From a candidate division WWE3 bacterium RIFOXYC1_FULL_40_10 (lineage in GTDB: Bacteria; Patescibacteriota; WWE3; UBA101185; UBA10185): a DNA stretch of 64,000 nucleotides. Both the position numbers and the translations under genes were made by a program. Below the pieces are notes generated by a model that was given only the letters and a program-made list of their open reading frames with translations, did no database searches and was not told where the DNA came from. The stretch covers positions 478,479-542,478 of the forward strand of contig MEWB01000001.1 of assembly GCA_001773215.1 (NCBI GenBank), written 5' to 3'. Shown piece by piece: positions 7,944 to 17,110 of this stretch. Each line of letters begins with the position of its first letter. Within the stretch, counting starts at the first letter, position 1.

Positions 7944-10433
7944 CTAGTAACTAATCCCAAACCACCCGAGAATATTCTGCCACAAGGGTTTTTTAGTGGG
8001 TATAAAGTTTGATTGTAAACTTTTTACTTGTGGGCGTGGCTCGATTATTTGCTGTGGCGCAGCAGGTTTTAGCTCAGCTTCACTGCTCGACGAAGTTTCC
8101 CGTCCTAAAACAGCTCTCAAACCATCGGGAAAGCTAATTCCTGCGGGATCTATAATAAGCATGAATTCAACTGAAGACTTATTACTCATGCTGTCAGTGC
8201 TTACTATTTTGATCTTGTGGTCTCCATTTGGGAAACTCAAGTCGGTAAACTTCCACTTTCCCTCGGCATTCAAATCCTTAAGCTCCTTCACCAGCTTGTC
8301 ATTAATGTACAACTTCAAATCTGCTTTTTCTTCCGAAGTTCCTTCAATGGTAAGGGCATTCTCAGTATAGAAATACCTTTTGAACTTCGATAAATCAGCA
8401 TCAATAAACCCTATCTTTTCGATATTAAGTATGGGGGCGTGAGTATCAATCTTCACAGTTTGTTCTAAAACATCCGAAATATTCCCAGCTTCGTCTTTAA
8501 ACTTAATATACAGATGCTTAGTACCATCCCTTTCAAAGCTCATATTCACATTCCCGTCATAATTTTTCCAATTTGCACCTTCAAAGTCCTTACTTTGAGA
8601 CATCATAATTTGATCTACAGATGTTGTTGCGTCGGAAGTATCAAAATATAATTTAAAATCTCTATCACGCATTTTTAAAACGCGAGAACCTATACTCTTT
8701 TTGTTTTCCTCACTCCCTACCCAAATCCTTTGACTATCTGTTGACGATGAGGGGGCAGTTACATCCAGATCAAAGGTCGCATATGAATAATTAGATGAAT
8801 AGGAACAAGATCCAAACTGATCACAAGAGCGCACGTATATTTCTGCAGATCCGTCGGAAACGGGAGATATATCACATGTGAAATCTTCTGCTAATGAATT
8901 GTATGTTCCATCATCTGCAGTACATGCAGTCCAGGTACCCCCGCTATTTGTGGTATTCCAGGACACACTCCCAATGGTCGTTGTGGATTTTGGAGCAGCT
9001 ACACTCCCTGTAACAACAGCACTATTGGTTAAAGAAGGCATTTCATCAAGAGTAATTGTATGTGGGTAATCAAGTACCACCATTAACATCATGTCATAAT
9101 AAGAACTGGAGGTGGCATAAGTGTAACCCGTTAGGGCAAACACTCCATCACCTGACGCAGCCAACCCATAGAGCACATCATCACCGGCATAAGTATTCAA
9201 GGGATAATATACATAACCTACACCATTAAACGTGGTATCCAGAACTCCTGTCGGTGTCAATCGTATAATTCCAAAATCGGCGGTTGTATAAACACGTTTC
9301 ATGTGACCACCGGCAATAATACGCCCAAACTCATCTTCATAAATTGCTGAATACCCCCACATAGCATCATTTAGGTTACCTTTATTAGAAAAATTATTGT
9401 AATAGATGCCGGTTCCGTTAAAGGTTGTATCTAAACTACCGTCTAATTTGTAACGCCAAACTACAAAATCCTGATTACCTGCGGCATTCGTACTATAACC
9501 TCCCAGTAATATTTTACCGTCTCTTTGGACATAAATGGAATACGCATAATCGGAGCTATTAGTACCTCCGGCAACATTGGCCGTCACTGCGTAACCTGTG
9601 GAACTAAAAGTGGTATCCAAAGTTCCATCGGTATTAAATCTCCAAACCACAGCGTCGAAATTACCCAAGGAGTTAGTACTTTCACCGGCGACAACATACT
9701 TCCCATCTGATTGTAGTGCCAAGCCAAAACCGTAATCGTTTGTTGTTCCTCCTGCAGCACCGCCGTGAGTAACATAGCCGACCGAATTGAATGAAGTGTC
9801 CAAACTACCGTTAGAGTTGTACCGCCAAAGTGCCATATCCTGGTTACCAGCTCCTGCTCCACTTGCCCCAGCCACCACAATCTTCCCATCTGATTGCACA
9901 ACTACACTATAGCCAGTATCCCCAACATTTCCCCCGGCAGCATTGTTGTGTGTTGCGTACCCCGTTGAGTTAAATGTAGTATCCAAAGTTCCATCGGTAT
10001 TATATCTAAGTAGTATCATGTCGAGATTCGTCGTTAAGGAACCTCCACATACTACGTACTTTCCATCCGCTTGGATAGCCAACCCATTGCCTATGTCACT
10101 GCCATTGCTGGAGCCGTTAAAAGTTACATAACCTACAGAGTTAAACGAAGTGTCAAGAAGACCATTTGTGTTATATCTCCAGAGCGTACTATCATAATTA
10201 TTAGTCAGGGATTTGCTGAAACCTGTAACTAAATATTTGCCATCCGGCAGAATAAGTACTTTGTATCCCAAGTCGTAGTTATTCCCTCCCGCTGCACTAT
10301 TATGTGACGTATAACCAACACTATTAAAGTCGGTATCGAGATTAATTGTTGCTGCCTGGGCAAATATTTGAAAAACAGCAACTAGTGCTAACAAGGGAAC
10401 TAACTTAAGACAGGATTTCAGATAATCTTTCAC
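7944..10433 (-). CDS. Large surface protein with delta-60-type beta-propeller repeats (LDTSFNSVGY...GG...DGK motif repeated ~7x), shared module and WQNILGWFGISY tail
   Basis: 829-aa ORF. Signal peptide. Repeated RYNxDGxLDTTFNxxGY units resembling the delta-60 repeat family. Module with KLYFDTSDATT / YIKFKDEAGNISD. Same C-terminal tail. Only 19 nt downstream of ftsZ. Confidence 0.7.
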   Translation of the reverse strand: MKDYLKSCLKLVPLLALVAVFQIFAQAATINLDTDFNSVGYTSHNSAAGGNNYDLGYKVLILPDGKYLVTGFSKSLTNNYDSTLWRYNTNGLLDTSFNSVGYVTFNGSSNGSDIGNGLAIQADGKYVVCGGSLTTNLDMILLRYNTDGTLDTTFNSTGYATHNNAAGGNVGDTGYSVVVQSDGKIVVAGASGAGAGNQDMALWRYNSNGSLDTSFNSVGYVTHGGAAGGTTNDYGFGLALQSDGKYVVAGESTNSLGNFDAVVWRFNTDGTLDTTFSSTGYAVTANVAGGTNSSDYAYSIYVQRDGKILLGGYSTNAAGNQDFVVWRYKLDGSLDTTFNGTGIYYNNFSNKGNLNDAMWGYSAIYEDEFGRIIAGGHMKRVYTTADFGIIRLTPTGVLDTTFNGVGYVYYPLNTYAGDDVLYGLAASGDGVFALTGYTYATSSSYYDMMLMVVLDYPHTITLDEMPSLTNSAVVTGSVAAPKSTTTIGSVSWNTTNSGGTWTACTADDGTYNSLAEDFTCDISPVSDGSAEIYVRSCDQFGSCSYSSNYSYATFDLDVTAPSSSTDSQRIWVGSEENKKSIGSRVLKMRDRDFKLYFDTSDATTSVDQIMMSQSKDFEGANWKNYDGNVNMSFERDGTKHLYIKFKDEAGNISDVLEQTVKIDTHAPILNIEKIGFIDADLSKFKRYFYTENALTIEGTSEEKADLKLYINDKLVKELKDLNAEGKWKFTDLSFPNGDHKIKIVSTDSMSNKSSVEFMLIIDPAGISFPDGLRAVLGRETSSSSEAELKPAAPQQIIEPRPQVKSLQSNFIPTKKPLWQNILGWFGISY

Positions 10434-10452
10434 ATAATAATACTAGCAGATC

Positions 10453-11640
10453 TTACCTCCCCCGCAAGAAAGCAGGGATATCATATTTGTCATCGAAGTC
10501 ACCGTCAAAGTCCTCGGGTTTAAAGACATTTTTTGGAGGTACATGCTTGTGGATTGGCTCTACAGGAACCGCGGGTTTAGTCACTCCTTGAGTCTGAGCA
10601 TTTTTTAACACCTCATCAACCGCGAAACTTTTTGGCCTTGTGGGAGCTGAAAACCCAAAATCATCTTTTCCACCCTCATAAGCATCAAAACCGGTAGCTA
10701 TGACTGTAATTTTCACTTGCCCGTCTAAACGGCGATCAATGCTTGTACCAAATATAATGTTTGCATCCTGCCGGGCGATATCTCGAATTATATTAGCGGC
10801 TTTATCCACCTCTTTCATCGACAAATCTATTCCGCCCACAATATTGAAAAGTATGCCAGTGGCACCTTCAATAGACTGCTCAATTAAAGGAGACGAAATA
10901 GCATCTCGGGCGGCTTTTTCGGCTCTATTTTCACCGGTGCCAATACCAATTCCCATAAGTGCGGTGCCGGCTCCCTTCATAATCGTTTTTACATCGGCAA
11001 AATCCACATTTATCAATCCCGGCATAACAATTAAATCCGAAATACCCTGAACCCCCTGGTTTAAAATACTATCCGACATTTTAAACGCCTCCATAATTGA
11101 AGTGTTTTCGTCGGAAATTTCCAAAAGCTTTTGATTAGGTATAGTTATTAGCGCATCAACCTGAGTTTTAAGTTCGGAAATACCTTTTTGAGCATTGGTT
11201 TTTCTTTGGGCACCTTCAAATTCAAAAGGCTTTGTCACAACACCTATTGTTAGTGCACCCAACTCCCTTGCAATAGACGCGACTACAGGGGAAGCTCCGG
11301 TTCCGGTTCCCCCACCCATTCCTGCAGTAATAAAAACCATGTCGGCACCTTCTAAATTTTCTTTAATAAGATCCGTGGATTCCTCCGCGGCTGCTCGGCC
11401 AACTTCTGGATTGGCTCCTGCACCCAAACCATTAGTAAGTTTTTGGCCAATTGGAATTTTAACGACTGATTTATTAATAGAAAGATCTTGCGCGTCAGTA
11501 TTAATTGCCACATATTCAACACCGGATATTTGATCCGATTCTATCATTGAGTTGATGACATTACCGCCGGCTCCGCCTACACCAACGACTTTAATTCGAG
11601 CAAAACGCTCTATTTCAGGTTTTACTAGCATATAGTTCAA
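10453..11640 (-). CDS. ftsZ: Cell division GTPase FtsZ
   Basis: GGGTGTG tubulin signature (GMGGGTGTGASPVVA) and typical N-terminal VGVGGAGGN. The ORF-track start is TTG; an in-frame ATG lies at 11631. Confidence 0.95.
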   Translation of the reverse strand: MNYMLVKPEIERFARIKVVGVGGAGGNVINSMIESDQISGVEYVAINTDAQDLSINKSVVKIPIGQKLTNGLGAGANPEVGRAAAEESTDLIKENLEGADMVFITAGMGGGTGTGASPVVASIARELGALTIGVVTKPFEFEGAQRKTNAQKGISELKTQVDALITIPNQKLLEISDENTSIMEAFKMSDSILNQGVQGISDLIVMPGLINVDFADVKTIMKGAGTALMGIGIGTGENRAEKAARDAISSPLIEQSIEGATGILFNIVGGIDLSMKEVDKAANIIRDIARQDANIIFGTSIDRRLDGQVKITVIATGFDAYEGGKDDFGFSAPTRPKSFAVDEVLKNAQTQGVTKPAVPVEPIHKHVPPKNVFKPEDFDGDFDDKYDIPAFLRGR

Positions 11641-11687
11641 ATAGTATATATGAAACTACAAGTGGTGGATACTGTAATATCTATATA

Positions 11688-12947
11688 TTAGGGCAGAAAC
11701 GATCTAAGTTTATCAAAAATCCCTCCCATTTTCTTCTTCATATCACCTCGTCGAGCATTCATTGATAGCAAGTCCGTGCCACGATAAAGCTTGGCTCCGT
11801 ATAAAACAGCACCTACACAAGAAGCTGAATCGGGACCTTGGATCTCATCTATTAATCCTGTTACTCCTCTAGGAGAGCCTATTCTTACAGGCATCTTTAA
11901 GTTGGTTTTTGCGCATTTTTCCATCCCTACTGTTGAGGCAGCTCCACCGGTTAAAATGATACCCGCGGGTAGTTTCCCTGCCAAATTAGCCTTTGTTAGT
12001 TCAAGGCTTAACAATCTAAAAATCTCCTCGAGTCTGGCATCTATTATTTTATTAAGCATATTTCTGGGTACAGCATCAATTTCCAAACCAAATTCGGTTA
12101 AGTCGAAATCTTCGTCTTTTCTAAGTTCCACGGATGATTTGGATATCAAGGCTTCGTTGCCAAGCCTTATTTTAATTTTCTCCGCATCTTCCATTCGAGA
12201 TCTAAGGCCTATTGCCAAATCCGATGTAATATATTTACCTCCAATGGGCAAAACCACCGAATGCACAGGGCTACCATCGATAAAAGCAATAACTGAGGTA
12301 GTTCCTCCTCCTATATCTACCAACAAAGCCCCAAGCTCCTTTTCGGTATCTGTTAAAACTGCCTCTCCGGATGCAATTCCTGTATAAACCAACTCTTCAA
12401 CATCAATATCTACCTGGTTTACACATCTGATAATATTTTTAACTGCTGTGGAAGAACCGTGGATGATATTAGTTTCAACCTCAAGCCTAATACCAGACAT
12501 ACCTACAGGGTCTTTAATACCATCCTGAGAATTGACTATAAAATCGCGGGGAATGACATGAATTATGTCTCTGGTGGTCGGCAGCGAAACAGCCTGGGCG
12601 GCTTCAATTACTCGGGCAACATCATCCTTTGCAATTTCGGAATCTACATTGTTCGGTGAAACGGCAACCACCCCATGTGAATTTAGATTTTCGATATGGC
12701 TACCATTTACAGTTACAAACGCCTTTGATACAGAAACTCCTGCCATTCTTTCAGCTTTTTCTATACTAGCTGATATCGCCTCTACGACCCCATCTATGTC
12801 GACAACATTTCCTTTATTAATGCCCTTCGAAGGTATGTTTCCGGACACCCCTACAACTGAAATTCGCTCTTCGGAAACTGCAGCTATTGTAGTTGCGACT
12901 TTTGTGGATCCTATATCAATTCCGGTAATTATTTTTTCTTTGGGCAT
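11688..12947 (-). CDS. ftsA: Cell division protein FtsA (actin-like ATPase)
   Basis: N-terminal IITGIDIGSTKV actin-fold phosphate-1 motif. Position between ftsQ and ftsZ. Confidence 0.9.
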   Translation of the reverse strand: MPKEKIITGIDIGSTKVATTIAAVSEERISVVGVSGNIPSKGINKGNVVDIDGVVEAISASIEKAERMAGVSVSKAFVTVNGSHIENLNSHGVVAVSPNNVDSEIAKDDVARVIEAAQAVSLPTTRDIIHVIPRDFIVNSQDGIKDPVGMSGIRLEVETNIIHGSSTAVKNIIRCVNQVDIDVEELVYTGIASGEAVLTDTEKELGALLVDIGGGTTSVIAFIDGSPVHSVVLPIGGKYITSDLAIGLRSRMEDAEKIKIRLGNEALISKSSVELRKDEDFDLTEFGLEIDAVPRNMLNKIIDARLEEIFRLLSLELTKANLAGKLPAGIILTGGAASTVGMEKCAKTNLKMPVRIGSPRGVTGLIDEIQGPDSASCVGAVLYGAKLYRGTDLLSMNARRGDMKKKMGGIFDKLRSFLP

Positions 12948-12953
12948 AAGTTG

Positions 12954-13793
12954 CTAATCGTATAATACTATTACTTTATCATAACGTAAATCAATCATAC
13001 TAACTTTCTTCCCCTGTGTCTTTAATTCGTTAACAAAAGCCGCTAGTACAGCAAAGGATTTTCTTATTTCCTTTAGATTTGATATGTACGTTTTAATACC
13101 TAATACATATAGTTCGGTGAAATTATCGTGGTAACTCATACTAGTGACTTTAATCTGGTGTTCCGAGGCAGAGCTAATAATCTCTTTTGCAACTGGAACT
13201 ATCCTATTATTTACAAAATACCCCACATCTATCTGCCCTGAGTACTCTATTTTTGTAAGACTCTGCGCCTCATCTGAACTCTTATCAACCAAGCCCAGTA
13301 CATAGCCTTCGGAATCAATTAAATATTCCTGTTCCAAGTTTTCGCTGCGGGTAACAACGGCCAATGGTTTCCTTTCGTCAACTTTAACTTCAACAGTTCT
13401 CGGATACACTTTTTTTAGTCTTATATCCGCCGCACCCAGAAAGTTCTGGTCCAAATTAGGTAAAATTTTAGCAAGATTTAGGAATAGTAAGTTTTTGCCT
13501 GATACGTTATAGGCCACAACGTTATGTAAGTCGCTTTGATTCACATACTTCCCCGCTCCCCTTACTATAACGCTGTCCACAGAAAAGTGGTTTGATCTAA
13601 ACAGAAAAAAATAAACGATATATATCATGCTGACAGTTGTAATTACCAATAAGGCTAGCTTTATAAAGTGTTTAGCTTTAAACCAGCCAAATTTAAAGCT
13701 CTTTGTGAACCTTTTTTTTTCCAAGGGATTAACAAAGTATAAAAAGCGCTTCGGCTTAGTTACCTTTTGTTTGCTTAATAATTTCATCTGCAA
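12954..13793 (-). CDS. ftsQ: Cell division protein FtsQ/DivIB (N-terminal TM + POTRA domain)
   Basis: Single TM followed by a POTRA-like segment (VxVxGxxxxSxxxL ... PxTVxVxVxERKP). Synteny murG-ftsQ-ftsA. Confidence 0.75.
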   Translation of the reverse strand: MQMKLLSKQKVTKPKRFLYFVNPLEKKRFTKSFKFGWFKAKHFIKLALLVITTVSMIYIVYFFLFRSNHFSVDSVIVRGAGKYVNQSDLHNVVAYNVSGKNLLFLNLAKILPNLDQNFLGAADIRLKKVYPRTVEVKVDERKPLAVVTRSENLEQEYLIDSEGYVLGLVDKSSDEAQSLTKIEYSGQIDVGYFVNNRIVPVAKEIISSASEHQIKVTSMSYHDNFTELYVLGIKTYISNLKEIRKSFAVLAAFVNELKTQGKKVSMIDLRYDKVIVLYD

Positions 13794-14889
13794 TTAATCC
13801 TGCCGAGTAAATAAACTTCTTCTTCGTGTCAAACTTTACGGAGTATTTTGAAGGGTCCGCCAATATCCTTTTTACAAAGAGAATGAACTCCTCTGCATTC
13901 AGGTTAGTCTCGTCGAGATCTAAGGCAATTCCGAGTTTTTTTAGCATTTCCGCATTTTTTCGCTGCTCATCGTGAGAAACCCAAGGTATCGGTATCAAAA
14001 TACAGGGCTTGTTAAGGGCAAACAATTCACTAACAATGTGGGCCCCTGCCCTTGATACAACTAATTTGGCTTTGGAAAATACTTCACCGATATTGTTATC
14101 AAAAACAAACTTTTCTAAAAAATATTCTCCCGGCAGGTCCGACGATAAAAGCACCTGATGGTAATCAGTCAACAAGGCGTAATCATTGTATACCGAGTAG
14201 TCCCCGCACTGGTGAATTACATTACAAAAAGTTAGCAATTCCGCCAAAGAGTCTTTTATAAGCATGTTTATCTTGTGAGCCCCGCTTTTTCCCCCCGTTA
14301 CATAGATAGTAGGAAGCTCATTGACAATATTAAACCTCTGGGATTGAGACCCGAATATCGAATTCCTCAGCGGAATCCCGGTAATCACTGTTTTATTTTT
14401 GGGTAAAAACTTAAGTGATTCCTCCCATGAAACTAGTATTTTGCTTGCAAAAAAAGAAATTACCCTATTTGCGTATCCGACAGTAACAGTTTGCTCATGT
14501 GTGATAATAGGTACCCTCTGGAACCAGCCGGCCAAAACAACAGGAACTGCTAGATAACCGCCATACGACATTATCAAATCGGGCTTGTATGCCCTTAAGA
14601 CTTTATATATATCACCGAATGCTTCAAAGAAGGTTTTTACCGAAGATAATTTTAGATTTTTGTAAAACTTAGCAGTTTTGAGCTCGTAAAAAGGAATATT
14701 CAACGCTACAATTTCTTTATATTCCAAGCTCTCGTTTTTATCTTCTTTAAGAGAAAATTTGTGTCCAACCCATAAAAATTCAGGATTGCTCAGTCTTTTT
14801 TTCAGCTCTTCAATTACCGGAAGGGCCGAGCTGTGATGACCCCCGGTCATTACTATTTTCATACAACGATTATACCTTTCTTTTCTCAA
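13756..14889 (-). CDS. murG: UDP-GlcNAc:lipid I N-acetylglucosaminyltransferase MurG
   Basis: N-terminal KIVMTGGHHSSALPV (GT28 N-domain motif) and a C-terminal GT-B domain. Synteny ftsW-murG-ftsQ. Confidence 0.85.
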   Translation of the reverse strand: MRKERYNRCMKIVMTGGHHSSALPVIEELKKRLSNPEFLWVGHKFSLKEDKNESLEYKEIVALNIPFYELKTAKFYKNLKLSSVKTFFEAFGDIYKVLRAYKPDLIMSYGGYLAVPVVLAGWFQRVPIITHEQTVTVGYANRVISFFASKILVSWEESLKFLPKNKTVITGIPLRNSIFGSQSQRFNIVNELPTIYVTGGKSGAHKINMLIKDSLAELLTFCNVIHQCGDYSVYNDYALLTDYHQVLLSSDLPGEYFLEKFVFDNNIGEVFSKAKLVVSRAGAHIVSELFALNKPCILIPIPWVSHDEQRKNAEMLKKLGIALDLDETNLNAEEFILFVKRILADPSKYSVKFDTKKKFIYSAGLIADEIIKQTKGN

Positions 14890-16000
14890 TACCGGCTAGA
14901 ATTCCTAATCCTGCCATCGTAAAAACCATTGACGAGCCTCCATAAGATACAAGCGGCAACGGGATTCCGGTGAGAGGAATTAACCTGACCATCGCGGCGA
15001 CATTAATGAAGACCTGTAAACCAATCCAAAACGTGATCCCTGCCGCGAGGACTCTCTCTAACACATCATTGGCTTGCAACGACAATGTAAAACCTTTGAA
15101 CAGCAGGTACCCGAATAAACTTATTAAGGAAAGCGTACCAACCAGCCCAAATTCTTCTCCTATTACTGCAAAAATTGAATCAGCCGCTACTTCCGGAAGA
15201 TAGCTATACTTTTGTTTAGACTGCCCGTATCCGACTCCGGTAACTCCCCCAGACCCCAGTGATATAAGTATTTGCCTCACATGATAATCCTCAGAGCCCT
15301 CCCCAGCAATAAAGTCTTTGAATCTGTCTAGCCGATAGGAATAAGCAAAAATAAAAATAAGACCCAATATTAAAGCGACAGGGATTACATATGCAAACTT
15401 TTTAAGAGACTGCCCGGAAACGAAATACACAACCGATCCAATAAGAAATAAAATTACTGCTGTCGACATGTTAGGCTGCAGCATAACTAAAAACGAAACT
15501 AAACCGGTGATTAGTAAATAAACCCAAAATCCCTCTTCCCGCCTTTTTATCAGTTTAGACAGCTGAACAGACAAATACATTATTAGTCCAAGTTTCATGA
15601 ACTCACTAGGTTGAAACCCTAAAACTCCGATAAAAGGAATCGCGGGCAATGGAGACGGGTTAATAAACAACCACCGACGCGCTCCTTTGATACAAGGCGC
15701 AAAGGGAATGTTCCACTCACAAGGCATTAATCCTGCGATTGCTAATATTAACAAAAACCCTATACCTAAAACAAAAGTCAAATATGCTATTTTATCCAGT
15801 TTCTCCAGCCGAATTTTATAGAAATACCAAAAAAACGCCGAACCTACCGGTATCCAACCTATTTGTAACAAAAGCAAGTGATATGGGACGCCGTATACTT
15901 CCTGGGAATAAATTTGAGAGGAACTGGCCATAAAAATCACCCCGACAGCCAAGAGTAGGTAGGTTAGTAATGGTATACTGGCAGGTTTTGTTACTTTCAT
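14870..16000 (-). CDS. ftsW: SEDS-family lipid II flippase/peptidoglycan polymerase FtsW
   Basis: 10-TM profile. Conserved SEDS C-terminal motif PLPLVSYGGSSM. Confidence 0.85.
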   Translation of the reverse strand: MKVTKPASIPLLTYLLLAVGVIFMASSSQIYSQEVYGVPYHLLLLQIGWIPVGSAFFWYFYKIRLEKLDKIAYLTFVLGIGFLLILAIAGLMPCEWNIPFAPCIKGARRWLFINPSPLPAIPFIGVLGFQPSEFMKLGLIMYLSVQLSKLIKRREEGFWVYLLITGLVSFLVMLQPNMSTAVILFLIGSVVYFVSGQSLKKFAYVIPVALILGLIFIFAYSYRLDRFKDFIAGEGSEDYHVRQILISLGSGGVTGVGYGQSKQKYSYLPEVAADSIFAVIGEEFGLVGTLSLISLFGYLLFKGFTLSLQANDVLERVLAAGITFWIGLQVFINVAAMVRLIPLTGIPLPLVSYGGSSMVFTMAGLGILAGIEKRKV

Positions 16001-17110
16001 TTACAACAAAGCTATAAATAAGCCTAGCAAAGTAAAAAAAGTCCCGGCAAGCCAAAACCTTAATGTCACTTTAGTTTCGGGCCACCCTAGCAATTCAAAA
16101 TGATGATGAACAGGTGCCATTCTGAATAATCTTTTTTTGGTGAGTTTTACAGATAGCTGTTGTAAGGGACTTGATAAGCCATCCAGCAAAAATACCATTG
16201 CCATCACAATAAAAGCTATTTCTCTGTGCATAACAATTGCCAACATAAGTAAAAATGCCCCAAGAAAGTGTGATCCTACATTGCCCATCAAAACCCTAGC
16301 TGGGAATATATTAAAATACAAAAAAGGAAGCAGTGCACCTATAAATGTGGCCGTAAACGTTGAAAGTGAGTTATACCCAAGATAGGAAGCTACAACCCAA
16401 AGACCTACTGCGGTAATTACGGCAAGCCCGCCGGCCAGGCCGTCTAAACCATCCGTAAAGGCAACAAGATTTAGAACAACTAAAAAAAGTACGAAAATTA
16501 TTATCGGATACAAAAAACCAATGTGAACATATCCAATAAGCGGAAGCCAAAGGTAATCCCAGCCAAGTTTAAAATATGTCCAATAGGCAACAAACAGAGC
16601 CAGCATTCCCTGCATAACAATTTTATGGTGGGATTGAACACCTGAGGACTCACTGCTCCCTAAAATCCTAAAAAACTCTTTAAAATATGCCAAGGGTTTC
16701 TTCCAAAAAGGCATCTTCTTGTCGGATATCGTAATAAGTGATGGCCTTTTAAACAGGGCTCCAAAGTGATACTCCAAAAACCCTGGAAGGCCGGAGCGAC
16801 GGTAAACCTTCGTAAAATCCTCGAATATTCCAAGTAATCCCGACAACGACGCCACGAATATTGGCAACAAAGTTTGGGTTCGGGAAGTATTAAAAATCAG
16901 TGTAAGCAAGGCTATTACACCAACGAAAACCAAACCTCCCATAGTGGGAGTACCGGCTTTTTTAAGATGGGTTAGTGGCCCATCTGTTCTTACATCTTCC
17001 CCCATTTGGAATTTATATACGAAATTGATCCACAAGGGATAAAAAACAAAAGAGAGAAAACCAGCGGATATCAAAAAGATTAAATCTATTATTATTTCTG
17101 AACCTTCCAT
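16001..17110 (-). CDS. mraY: Phospho-N-acetylmuramoyl-pentapeptide transferase MraY
   Basis: Polytopic membrane protein with the PVHHHFE signature (MraY/WecA superfamily His-rich loop). Position in the dcw cluster. Confidence 0.85.
   Translation of the reverse strand: MEGSEIIIDLIFLISAGFLSFVFYPLWINFVYKFQMGEDVRTDGPLTHLKKAGTPTMGGLVFVGVIALLTLIFNTSRTQTLLPIFVASLSGLLGIFEDFTKVYRRSGLPGFLEYHFGALFKRPSLITISDKKMPFWKKPLAYFKEFFRILGSSESSGVQSHHKIVMQGMLALFVAYWTYFKLGWDYLWLPLIGYVHIGFLYPIIIFVLFLVVLNLVAFTDGLDGLAGGLAVITAVGLWVVASYLGYNSLSTFTATFIGALLPFLYFNIFPARVLMGNVGSHFLGAFLLMLAIVMHREIAFIVMAMVFLLDGLSSPLQQLSVKLTKKRLFRMAPVHHHFELLGWPETKVTLRFWLAGTFFTLLGLFIALL

Noticed and set aside
5741-7950. Recurrent ACTAGTA / TTACTAGTATT sequence at the ends of the surface-protein genes, initially suspected to be a conserved 3'-UTR element
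   Set aside because: It is explained by coding: TAC-TAG encodes the terminal Tyr plus the stop codon of the conserved tail. Conservation beyond the stop is only ~4 nt.
11641-11687. GTAGTT hexamer upstream of ftsZ matching the uvrA/uvrC upstream motif
   Set aside because: A single 6-mer in AT-rich DNA. It probably reflects a coincidence or a generic -10-downstream preference rather than a shared regulator.
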